This document shows, piece after piece, positions 20,724-29,037 of a DNA stretch of 64,000 bases (position 1 is the first letter of the stretch; each line of letters opens with the position of its first letter). The stretch lies in IMG/VR virus record IMGVR_UViG_3300010157_000038; one strand, written 5' to 3'. Both the position numbers and the translations under genes were made by a program. Under the pieces are notes generated by a model. It was given only the letters and a program-made list of their open reading frames with translations, ran no database searches and was not told the DNA's origin. The stretch comes from an uncultured virus (IMG/VR IMGVR_UViG_3300010157_000038). Taxonomy: Duplodnaviria; Heunggongvirae; Uroviricota; Caudoviricetes.

Positions 20724-20792
20724 TAAGTTATTGGTTATCAATAACTTATGCTTTTCGTTTATGTGTACATATTCTACGAGATAGTGTATTAT
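20724..20792 (+). promoter_or_regulatory. Palindromic operator plus TGTACA-N17-TATTAT promoter
   Basis: TAAGTTATTG-N5-CAATAACTTA at 20724-20748; -35 at 20764, -10 at 20787. Confidence 0.75.
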
Positions 20793-20801
20793 ATTTACAG
20801 A

Positions 20802-22940
20802 ATGAAAAACGCGAATAAGAGCCAATCAGTACTTGCAAAACTACTTTCTCGTGAGAATATCACTATACAGCATGGCAATTATAAGACTGCTTTCTTTGAC
20901 GTAAAGAATAGAGTACTAGGTCTTCCAATATTAAAAGATAGCGGTAAAGATATCTATGACTTATTTGTTGGTCATGAAGTTGGTCACGCACTTTATACTC
21001 CAACCTTTGATTCAAATACATTTGAATGCCCAAGCAGATACGTGAATATTGTTGAAGATATACGTATTGAAAAGATGATACAAACAACTTATCCAGGCTT
21101 GATTGCATCTTTTCGTCGTGGTTATTTAGAATTAGTCGAGAAAAATTTCTTTGAAACAAAAGGTCGTTCTTTAGACTCATACAAGATAGCCGATAGAATA
21201 AATCTTCACGCAAAGATAGGATCTGTTTTAGACGTTAAATTTAAAGATTTTGAGCAAGTAATCTTAAAGCAAGTAATGTCAGTTTCTACTTGGGAGGATG
21301 TATTAGCTGCCGCAAAAGCACTTTATGTATTTTCTCAAGAACATAAAGAAAAGCAAAAGAAAGATAACTCTTCTATTTCATCAGACCAAGAAGAATTTTC
21401 TAAGAATAATACACAAGGTTTAGAAATAGAATTAGATGAAACTCCTCAAAATAGTAGTGACGACACAAATAGTCAAGTCACATCTAGTAATGGCGAATCA
21501 ACTCAAGATTCTTCAGAAGAAAATACAGAGACTGATGGATTTGATCAACCAATTGATAAGACTTTGTTTGAAGATACTATTGACGACTGTGAGACCGTAA
21601 ATGCTTTTGAGAAAAATTCAAAAACCCTTTTACAGGATCAAGATATAATTGATAGTATATTGTTTGCGTTTGAACCGTCAGTCAATGAAGTAAATCGCAA
21701 TATAATTGATTATAATACTTTGTTTAAATCTAGAGATAATTCAGAACAATATTTAAGAGCTACTAAGCGTTTTTCAAATGAAAAATATAGGCAATTCATA
21801 GACGAAACTCAAAGGTTTGTATCAGTATTAAGAAAAGAATTTGAATTGCGCAAAGCAGCTTATCAATATAGTAAAGCTACTGTATCTAAGACTGGAGTAA
21901 TTAATGTTGATAAACTCTATGGATATCGTTATACTGATGATATATTCTTAAGCACGATGCAATTAGCTAATGCCAAGAATCATGGTATGATAATGTTTAT
22001 AGATTACTCAGGTTCAATGTCTTCAGTGCTTAAACATGTCTTAAAACACATAATTACACTTTGTCTTTTTTGTAAATCAGTAGGAATACCTTTTCAAGTA
22101 TATACTTTTTGTGGTAATATTCTTGCCGTAGAGAGATATAAAAAACTTAAAATTGAATTTGAAAAAGAAAGCACTGTCGATATATCGCGTGTAGTTATGC
22201 TAGACTTAATTAATTCAAATATGAAAAAGTCTGAATTTCAAAGAGCTATTCAAGATCTCTATATTAGAAGTGAGCATTCGGACGCATTTTCTGAAATAGA
22301 ATATTTAGGAGATACTCCTTTAAATGAGGTGGTAATAATGGCACATAAGTTAGTTCCACAGTTTCAAGCTAAACATGGAGTACAAAAAATGAATGTGTTA
22401 TTTCTTACAGATGGTGATGGCTGCACATTAAATTTCATAAAGAATAATAGATATGATGAAAAAACTTACGACCGAAAAGGATACGCTCGCCGGGTCGATA
22501 TGTCTTTGAATGGTAAAAAGTTTATCTCAGAGCTTCATCAAGGCGACTGCTGCGAAAAGCTTTTAGGACATCTAAAAGCTACTACTGGGTGTAACATTAT
22601 TGGATTCTATATACCTTCAACCAGAGCAAATACAAAGACTAGAATAATAGGTGCACTTGCAAAAAAAGAAGGCAATAACTGGATGAAAGGCGCACAGCTT
22701 TGGGATGATAAATTCCAATACGAATACCGTAATAACAAGTCAATTTGTATATCAAAGGTGCATGGCTATGATCAGTACTTCGTAGTTGCTTCTGGGAATG
22801 ATTTAGACGTACAGTCGGATGAATTAGAGATTACCGAAAACATGAGCCGTAGCACTATGGCTAAAGAGTTCTCAAAATTTAATAAATCTAAGAAAAATAA
22901 TAGAATATTTGCAACTAAGTTCGCAGAGTCACTTTCATAA
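20802..22940 (+). CDS. HExxH metallopeptidase-like plus VWA (CobT-like) protein
   Basis: GHEVGHAL; MIDAS DYSGSM and LTDGD. ATG 20802 is preferred because the upstream ORF extension overlaps the promoter. Confidence 0.85.
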   Translation: MKNANKSQSVLAKLLSRENITIQHGNYKTAFFDVKNRVLGLPILKDSGKDIYDLFVGHEVGHALYTPTFDSNTFECPSRYVNIVEDIRIEKMIQTTYPGLIASFRRGYLELVEKNFFETKGRSLDSYKIADRINLHAKIGSVLDVKFKDFEQVILKQVMSVSTWEDVLAAAKALYVFSQEHKEKQKKDNSSISSDQEEFSKNNTQGLEIELDETPQNSSDDTNSQVTSSNGESTQDSSEENTETDGFDQPIDKTLFEDTIDDCETVNAFEKNSKTLLQDQDIIDSILFAFEPSVNEVNRNIIDYNTLFKSRDNSEQYLRATKRFSNEKYRQFIDETQRFVSVLRKEFELRKAAYQYSKATVSKTGVINVDKLYGYRYTDDIFLSTMQLANAKNHGMIMFIDYSGSMSSVLKHVLKHIITLCLFCKSVGIPFQVYTFCGNILAVERYKKLKIEFEKESTVDISRVVMLDLINSNMKKSEFQRAIQDLYIRSEHSDAFSEIEYLGDTPLNEVVIMAHKLVPQFQAKHGVQKMNVLFLTDGDGCTLNFIKNNRYDEKTYDRKGYARRVDMSLNGKKFISELHQGDCCEKLLGHLKATTGCNIIGFYIPSTRANTKTRIIGALAKKEGNNWMKGAQLWDDKFQYEYRNNKSICISKVHGYDQYFVVASGNDLDVQSDELEITENMSRSTMAKEFSKFNKSKKNNRIFATKFAESLS

Positions 22941-23006
22941 GTAATTGGTAATTAACAACTTATACTTTTTGTTTATATGTACATATTCTACGAAATATTG
23001 TAAGAT
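22938..23006 (+). promoter_or_regulatory. Second copy of palindrome plus TGTACA-N17-TAAGAT promoter
   Basis: ~65 bp highly similar to 20724-20790. Confidence 0.75.
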
Positions 23007-23025
23007 ATGTAATCTTCTTTTTATT

Positions 23026-24189
23026 ATGAATACATTGAATACATACTCAAATACTATCATTGCTCAACTTAAGAGCAATTTTCCTGACAAAACAGAATTT
23101 CGCCGTAAACAAATCGATGATGCGGCTCAATCGCTTTCACTCGAATTGAAGCAGTATAAAGAACTGTTAGATGACAAATATAGGATTCATAGAGGTCTTT
23201 ATGACTATAGTTCCTTTATTGCCGTTAATAGCAATAATCCTCAGTCATCTGCAAAAATTATGAAGCTTGCGGCACCAGTGACTTCAATCATAAACACTGA
23301 CACCTATATACCTTTAAAAGATGCTACTTATCAGAAATGGGGAAATTATTCAGATATCTTAAATATTCTTAAATCTAAAAATTTCTATCCATGTTATATT
23401 TCTGGATTATCTGGAAATGGTAAAACTATGATGATAGAACAGGCTTGTGCAGATCTAGAGCGCGAGTATATTCGAGTGCAAATCTCTCCAGAGACTGATG
23501 AAGACGATCTTATTGGAGGATTTCGACTACTTAACGGAGAGACAGTATTTGCAAAAGGTCCTGTAGTAAAAGCTATGGAGCGCGGAGCAATACTTCTTAT
23601 AGATGAAATAGATAGATCTACGAGTAAAATTATGTGCCTTCAAGGAGTACTAGAAGGCAAACCAATTATGATTAAGAAAACTGGCGAAGTTATTCAGCCG
23701 GCTCGAGGATTTAATGTATTTGCTACTGCAAACACAAAAGGCAGAGGTTCTGAAGATGGAAAGTTTGTAACTGCCACTATGATTGACGAAGCTTTCTTAG
23801 AACGTTTTGTCGTAACATTTGAACAATCTTATCCAACATTAGCTATTGAAAAAAAGATTATCTTGAATCACATGGAAAAATACGGAAAGTGCGATAATGA
23901 TTTTGCAGAAAAATTAGCCACGTGGTCTGAAGTTATTCGTAAAACCTATGAAGCTGAAGGAGTGGATGAATTAGTTTCTACGCGTAGACTTTGCCATATT
24001 ACTCAAACATTTTCAATCTTCCAAGACCGCTTAAAATCTATACAACTTTGTATATCTAGATTTGATGAAGATACGAAGATAGCCTTCCTTGATCTTTACA
24101 CTAAAATAGATGCTAGCGTAAATAGACCTAAAGATAGTATTGTTGAGAATACGATAAGTGTTACTGAAAATCAACCTTTAACAGTATAA
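23026..24189 (+). CDS. cobS: CobS/MoxR-like AAA+ ATPase
   Basis: GLSGNGKT, LLIDEID, ATANTKGRG, STRRL; paired with the VWA protein. Confidence 0.9.
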   Translation: MNTLNTYSNTIIAQLKSNFPDKTEFRRKQIDDAAQSLSLELKQYKELLDDKYRIHRGLYDYSSFIAVNSNNPQSSAKIMKLAAPVTSIINTDTYIPLKDATYQKWGNYSDILNILKSKNFYPCYISGLSGNGKTMMIEQACADLEREYIRVQISPETDEDDLIGGFRLLNGETVFAKGPVVKAMERGAILLIDEIDRSTSKIMCLQGVLEGKPIMIKKTGEVIQPARGFNVFATANTKGRGSEDGKFVTATMIDEAFLERFVVTFEQSYPTLAIEKKIILNHMEKYGKCDNDFAEKLATWSEVIRKTYEAEGVDELVSTRRLCHITQTFSIFQDRLKSIQLCISRFDEDTKIAFLDLYTKIDASVNRPKDSIVENTISVTENQPLTV

Positions 24190-24324
24190 TAATAATAAAG
24201 TTTATATCGCTGCAATTTTAATATTTACAATTATATTAATTTGCTTTATATTAATTTATTACAGTAATTTCGATCTTTACTGTAATATTAAATGAATGAT
24301 CGAACTAACATATAGAAAGATCAT

Positions 24325-24546
24325 ATGGCTACAGCAAGTAATCAACAAACACGTTTGTATAACTATCTTACTAAAACCAAGAGAGTTACTACGGCGCAGG
24401 CACAAGCACATCTAAATATTGCCAATCCATCAGCAGTCGTAGCGCGGATGCGTGATGAAGGCATTGCTATTCGTTCAAGTGTCCGTGTTAACAAACAAGG
24501 AAACAAAGTTTTTGAGTATCGTTTAGATACAAAAAACTCTAAGTAA
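24325..24546 (+). CDS. Small winged-HTH DNA-binding protein
   Basis: VTTAQAQAHLNIANPSAVVARMRDEG..YRL pattern. Confidence 0.75.
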   Translation: MATASNQQTRLYNYLTKTKRVTTAQAQAHLNIANPSAVVARMRDEGIAIRSSVRVNKQGNKVFEYRLDTKNSK

Positions 24547-24557
24547 AGTTGAAATCG

Positions 24558-24594
24558 TAGAGGCTGGAGAAACCCCACTCCAGCCTCTATTCTT
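24558..24594 (+). terminator. Hairpin terminator
   Basis: Perfect 12-bp stem TAGAGGCTGGAG / CTCCAGCCTCTA. Confidence 0.75.
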
Positions 24595-24631
24595 ACTTTA
24601 TTAATTGAGCATAATGATCATTGAGTAAATC

Positions 24632-24964
24632 ATGACTAATATTAATACAAAATATCCTAATACTTTTGGACGTAAATTTGACAACGATAAACCTGAATAC
24701 GGTTTAATTCCACCAAATGCTCTTAATGAATTAGCGACAGTTTTAACTATTGGCGCTAAAAAGTATGAGAGAGAAAATTGGAGATATGTTCCAGAATCTA
24801 AAAGAAGATATTATGATGCTGCACAGCGCCATATGTGGGCATGGAAAAAAGGAGAACAAATGGATCCTGAAACTGGAAAACATCATTTAGCACACGCAGC
24901 ATGTTGTTTATTTTTTTTATATGAACACGATATCGGAACAGCCAACCCAAATACTGATAAATAA
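24632..24964 (+). CDS. dATP/dGTP diphosphohydrolase-domain (DUF5664-type) protein
   Basis: GRKFDNDKP, GAKKYERENWR, DPETGKHHLAHAAC. Confidence 0.85.
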   Translation: MTNINTKYPNTFGRKFDNDKPEYGLIPPNALNELATVLTIGAKKYERENWRYVPESKRRYYDAAQRHMWAWKKGEQMDPETGKHHLAHAACCLFFLYEHDIGTANPNTDK

Positions 24965-24976
24965 GTCATTTATATT

Positions 24977-25651
24977 ATGAAACTATCTGAAACTACAATA
25001 GACGTACTGAAAAACTTTTCAGTCATTAATCCTAACATGGTTTTTAAGCCAGGTAAGACCATTTCAACAATTGCGGAAGCTAAAAACATTCTTGCGAGTG
25101 CAAAAATTGAAGAAGATATACCAAATCAATTTGGTATATATGATTTGACAGAATTTTTATCTACGCTTTCTTTAGTAGATAATCCTGACATTGAATTTAC
25201 TTCCGATTCAATTGCAATAAATGAAGGTAATACGTCTATTCGCTATTATTACTCGTCACCTGAGCTTCTTACCGCACCAAGTAAAAATGTTACGATGCCA
25301 AAAGCAGAAGTAAAGTTTGCTCTTTCTGCATCTTATATTAATAAAATTAAAAAGGCTGCATCGGTTTTGGGTCACGCTACTCTTGAAATTATTGGATCAA
25401 ATGGAGTGATAACTCTTCAAGTAAGTGATATAAAAAATGCATCGGCTAATAAGTATAGCCTCGTAGTTGATAGCGATAATGAGTGTAAAGAACCATTTTC
25501 ATTCGTAATAGTGATTGGAAATCTTAAGATGATGCCAGGAGATTATGCAGTTTCAATTAGTTCTAAGCTTATAAGTCATTTTGAGAATACTACAGTTCCT
25601 GTAAATTATTACATTGCTTTAGAAAAAATTAGTACATTTGGCAAACAATAA
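24977..25651 (+). CDS. gp45: Sliding clamp
   Basis: MKLSETTIDVLKNFSVIN, FGIYDLTEFL, YYIALE. Confidence 0.95.
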   Translation: MKLSETTIDVLKNFSVINPNMVFKPGKTISTIAEAKNILASAKIEEDIPNQFGIYDLTEFLSTLSLVDNPDIEFTSDSIAINEGNTSIRYYYSSPELLTAPSKNVTMPKAEVKFALSASYINKIKKAASVLGHATLEIIGSNGVITLQVSDIKNASANKYSLVVDSDNECKEPFSFVIVIGNLKMMPGDYAVSISSKLISHFENTTVPVNYYIALEKISTFGKQ

Positions 25652-25668
25652 CTTTAATATATAATAAT

Positions 25669-25926
25669 ATGTCTACTGATAATACACCTAATTTACCTCC
25701 ACCAGGTCCACAATTAAGCTTAATTGACTTGCAAAACGCGGTCATTTTAATTAATTTAGCTAAAGATGCTGGAGTTTATCCAGATGATCAAGCAAGACTT
25801 GTTAGTGTGACTCTAAATCGTTTCATTGATTTTCTTTCAGTTGCTATTCCCATGGTTCAAAATCAAGCTATGGCTTCGATTCAAGGTCCAGTAGATACTG
25901 ATAATACTAGTGGTGCAAATATTTAA
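25669..25926 (+). CDS. Hypothetical protein
   Basis: 85-aa ORF with LSLIDLQNAVILI helix. Confidence 0.7.
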   Translation: MSTDNTPNLPPPGPQLSLIDLQNAVILINLAKDAGVYPDDQARLVSVTLNRFIDFLSVAIPMVQNQAMASIQGPVDTDNTSGANI

Positions 25927-25998
25927 TATTAATTAATAAGTAAATTAGTAAATAGACTTTTGGAGCGCAGTCTTTAAACAGCGCTCTATTTTTATATT

Positions 25999-26256
25999 AT
26001 GAGCAATATTCCAAATACACCAGAAGATGTACAAGCTATTAAAATAGCATTAGATCAAATTTCAGAAGTGCTTTCTGATATTAAGACACAGCAAATTCAA
26101 ATTAATGAAATTGCTAAAGCTTTAGAAGACAAGTACAAAATATCTGCAAAAACTTTTCGGAAAGTTGCAAATCTCTATCATCGTCAGAGCGTTGCTCAGT
26201 TTGAGAACGAGGATGCAGAGATTAGAGATATGTACATGTCGATAATACTTGGTTAG
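25999..26256 (+). CDS. DsbA-like small dsDNA-binding protein
   Basis: Helical; KYKISAKTFRKVANLYHRQ resembles the T4 DsbA family. Confidence 0.6.
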   Translation: MSNIPNTPEDVQAIKIALDQISEVLSDIKTQQIQINEIAKALEDKYKISAKTFRKVANLYHRQSVAQFENEDAEIRDMYMSIILG

Positions 26257-26268
26257 TATCATATTTTT

Positions 26269-27216
26269 ATGATAACTAAAGATGAGTTCCTATGGACGGA
26301 GCGGTATAGACCCGCGCATTTACAAGATTGTATTCTTCCAGATAATCTAAAACAAACTTTTCAAAAGATTGTAGATTCTGGAGAAATGCATAATCTTATT
26401 TTATCTGGTACTGCTGGCCTAGGTAAGACGACAGTTGCAAGAGCGATGTGCGAAACTCTTAATCTAGACTATATCCTTATAAATGGATCTGAAGAATCTG
26501 GTATTGATATACTTCGTACAAAGATAAAGCAATTTGCAAGTTCGATCTCATTAATGAATAGCGGTCCTAAGGTCGTTATTCTCGATGAGGCAGATTATTT
26601 AAATCCGCAGTCTACTCAACCCGCACTTCGTGGATTTATTGAAGAGTTTTCAAATAACTGTCGATTCATTCTTACCTGTAATTTTAAAAATCGAATTATA
26701 GAACCTCTTCATTCTAGATGCGCAGTTATTGAATTTAATACTTCAAAGAAGCAACTTGCAGATCTTGCAAGTAAATTTATGAAACGCTTAGAGATGATTT
26801 TAAAGACTGAAAAAGTCTCTTACGAGTCAAAGGTTTTGGCAGATATGATATGTCGCTTTGCGCCAGACTGGAGAAGAGTTATTGGAGAATGCCAAAGATA
26901 TAGTGTATCTGGTAAAATTGATAGCGGTATATTGATCAATCTATCTGATGTTAGTATAGCATCTCTTATGAAATCTTTAAAAGACAAAGATTTTAAAAGT
27001 ATGAGGTCTTGGGTTGTAAATAATGTGGATGTTGAGCCGGCTGTCATATTTCGTAAAATATATGACAATATGGTTGAATATTCAAAACCAGAAAGTGTTC
27101 CTCAAATAGTTCTTATCTTAGCAGAGTATCAATATAAGAATAGCTTTGTTGCTGATCATGAACTAAATATAGTAGCATGTATGACTGAATTAATGGCATC
27201 GGTAGAATGGAAATAA
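26269..27216 (+). CDS. gp44: Clamp loader large subunit
   Basis: LWTERYRP, GTAGLGKT, ILDEAD, LHSRC. Confidence 0.96.
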   Translation: MITKDEFLWTERYRPAHLQDCILPDNLKQTFQKIVDSGEMHNLILSGTAGLGKTTVARAMCETLNLDYILINGSEESGIDILRTKIKQFASSISLMNSGPKVVILDEADYLNPQSTQPALRGFIEEFSNNCRFILTCNFKNRIIEPLHSRCAVIEFNTSKKQLADLASKFMKRLEMILKTEKVSYESKVLADMICRFAPDWRRVIGECQRYSVSGKIDSGILINLSDVSIASLMKSLKDKDFKSMRSWVVNNVDVEPAVIFRKIYDNMVEYSKPESVPQIVLILAEYQYKNSFVADHELNIVACMTELMASVEWK

Positions 27217-27226
27217 ACTATAATAA

Positions 27227-27610
27227 ATGAATCCATTTGAGTACTTAAACGCTATAAACTATAGTAAAAAGGATATCATGGTCGATGATATCGCCGAAAA
27301 GGCCTATGATCCCTATCTGATAAATCGAAGTCTTTCTTATTTTGCAGATACTATATTGTTAGTTAATGAGATGAATATACATCATTTTTTGGATAATAGG
27401 TTACAATTTGATTTTTGTATAAATAGTATCAGTAAGAAAAAAAGATTCAGCAAGTGGATTAAATCCCACGAACCTGATTCTCTCAAGATAATTAAAGAAT
27501 ATTATAGCTGCAGTAATGAAAAGGCCAAATCTGCTTTAAGAATATTGAGTCAAGGGCAAATTGAAGCTATTAAATTAAAATTAAATACCGGTGGACGACG
27601 AAACAAATAA
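27227..27610 (+). CDS. gp62: Clamp loader small subunit
   Basis: YLINRSLS, KKRFSKW, C-terminal TGG. Confidence 0.92.
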   Translation: MNPFEYLNAINYSKKDIMVDDIAEKAYDPYLINRSLSYFADTILLVNEMNIHHFLDNRLQFDFCINSISKKKRFSKWIKSHEPDSLKIIKEYYSCSNEKAKSALRILSQGQIEAIKLKLNTGGRRNK

Positions 27611-28052
27611 GGTAGTAAATAATGCAGTAATAGAGATTCCAGTAGATTGGAATCCTACTATGATGCTTGAAATTACTCTCAACGAACCAGATGATTTTCT
27701 GAAAGTGAGGGAAACTTTAACGCGTATAGGAGTTGCATCTAGAAAAGAAGCAAATAAACTTTATCAGTCTTGTCATATTTTACATAAACAAGGTAGATAT
27801 TTTATAGTACACTTTAAAGAATTATTTTTACTCGATGGTAAGCCTTCAAATTTAACTGAGAATGACCTTCAACGAAGAAATACTATTGCTACTTTATTAT
27901 CGGATTGGGGTCTATTAAGCATAACTAACCCAACACAAGTACTTTTAAAAGCACCACTTCGCCAAATTAAAATTATCCCGCATAAAGATAAAGCAAATTG
28001 GCAACTTTTACCTAAATATTCTATTGGTAACACTGGTAAATCATATAAATAA
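27591..28052 (+). CDS. regA: Translational repressor RegA
   Basis: DDFLKVRETLTRIG, LYQSCHILHKQGRYFIVHFKELF. Confidence 0.96.
   Translation: MDDETNKVVNNAVIEIPVDWNPTMMLEITLNEPDDFLKVRETLTRIGVASRKEANKLYQSCHILHKQGRYFIVHFKELFLLDGKPSNLTENDLQRRNTIATLLSDWGLLSITNPTQVLLKAPLRQIKIIPHKDKANWQLLPKYSIGNTGKSYK
28044..28051 (+). promoter_or_regulatory. Late promoter TATAAATA (hsp20)
   Basis: Exact consensus overlapping the regA stop. Confidence 0.7.
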
Positions 28053-28135
28053 AATTGAACGGTAATTCCATCGTTCACAGAGATGCTTAACTGGTCTCTG
28101 AGTTTATAACCTCGCTTAATTGGAGGATCAGATAC

Positions 28136-28576
28136 ATGACAGCTACAACATATACATTCCCGCGCGCATCCTTTATTGGATTCGACCAACTCTTTAATCA
28201 GATTGGTACTGCGCTTAACTCGGAAGTTCCTAACTATCCACCACATAATGTGGTCAAAATAGATGAGGATCATTACCTAATAGAGATAGCAGTTGCAGGT
28301 TTCAAAGAAGAAAACCTCGACATTGAACAGAAGGAATCGGTACTCACCGTGACCGGTACTAAGGATGACGAGAGAGCATATATTCATAAGGGTATATCCA
28401 GTCGTAACTTTACAAGAGTGTTTACTTTGAACGAACATGTTCAGATTACTAGCACTTCTTTGGAAAACGGTTTCCTTACTATTGGTTTAGAAAGAGTGAT
28501 TCCTGAAGAACAAAAACCTAAGAAGATCAAGATTGGCAATAACTTTGAAAAAAAGAAGTCTTTTCTTAAAGGTTAA
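28136..28576 (+). CDS. hsp20: Small heat-shock protein Hsp20 (IbpA-like)
   Basis: IGFDQLF, NYPPHNV, IAVAGF, HKGISSRNFTRVF, ENGFL. Confidence 0.95.
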   Translation: MTATTYTFPRASFIGFDQLFNQIGTALNSEVPNYPPHNVVKIDEDHYLIEIAVAGFKEENLDIEQKESVLTVTGTKDDERAYIHKGISSRNFTRVFTLNEHVQITSTSLENGFLTIGLERVIPEEQKPKKIKIGNNFEKKKSFLKG

Positions 28577-28662
28577 TAAGAGCTAATATATATAGAGACT
28601 ATTAAGTACTGTTGAGAAGCAACACACTGAACTTTAATCGTTAGCCAATAATCAAATACATT

Positions 28663-28953
28663 ATGAGCAATATAAAAATTGTACGTTTAACATCGGGGGA
28701 AGAAATTCTTTGCGATCTAGCTGTTATAGGAGAAAAATATCTACTAAAACTGCCAGCAGTAATTATTCCAACCGGCAATGGAAACATTGGGTTTTCTCAT
28801 TGGCTACCTTATGCAAAAAACGAAGCCGTATGCATTTCATCAAAATACGTAGTCTTCATCGTTGATCCTACGACTCAGCTGATGAATGAATATATAAAAA
28901 TGCATTCAAACCTTATCGTACCACAAGATAAAGAAATTATTGGAGTTGCTTAA
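28663..28953 (+). CDS. Conserved T4-like hypothetical protein
   Basis: IKIVRLTSGEEIL, WLPY; usual hsp20-gp43 position. Confidence 0.75.
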   Translation: MSNIKIVRLTSGEEILCDLAVIGEKYLLKLPAVIIPTGNGNIGFSHWLPYAKNEAVCISSKYVVFIVDPTTQLMNEYIKMHSNLIVPQDKEIIGVA

Positions 28954-28978
28954 AATACTAAGTTAATAGATTCTTTTT

Positions 28979-29015
28979 AGCCAGATGTACTTTAAATTGT
29001 ACATCTGGCTTTTTT
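28979..29015 (+). terminator. Terminator hairpin overlapping a TGTACA -35 box
   Basis: AGCCAGATGTAC / GTACATCTGGCT plus T5. Confidence 0.8.
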
Positions 29016-29037
29016 ATAATTACTGTATTGATATATC

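Noticed and set aside
20748..20801. N-terminal extensions of the 730-aa and 414-aa ORFs (also 22945-23025)
   Set aside because: They overlap the repeated promoter block; downstream ATGs at 20802 and 23026 are more plausible.
28577..28662. Possible riboswitch or ribozyme after hsp20
   Set aside because: Only short stems (TGTTG/CAACA) and no recognisable consensus.
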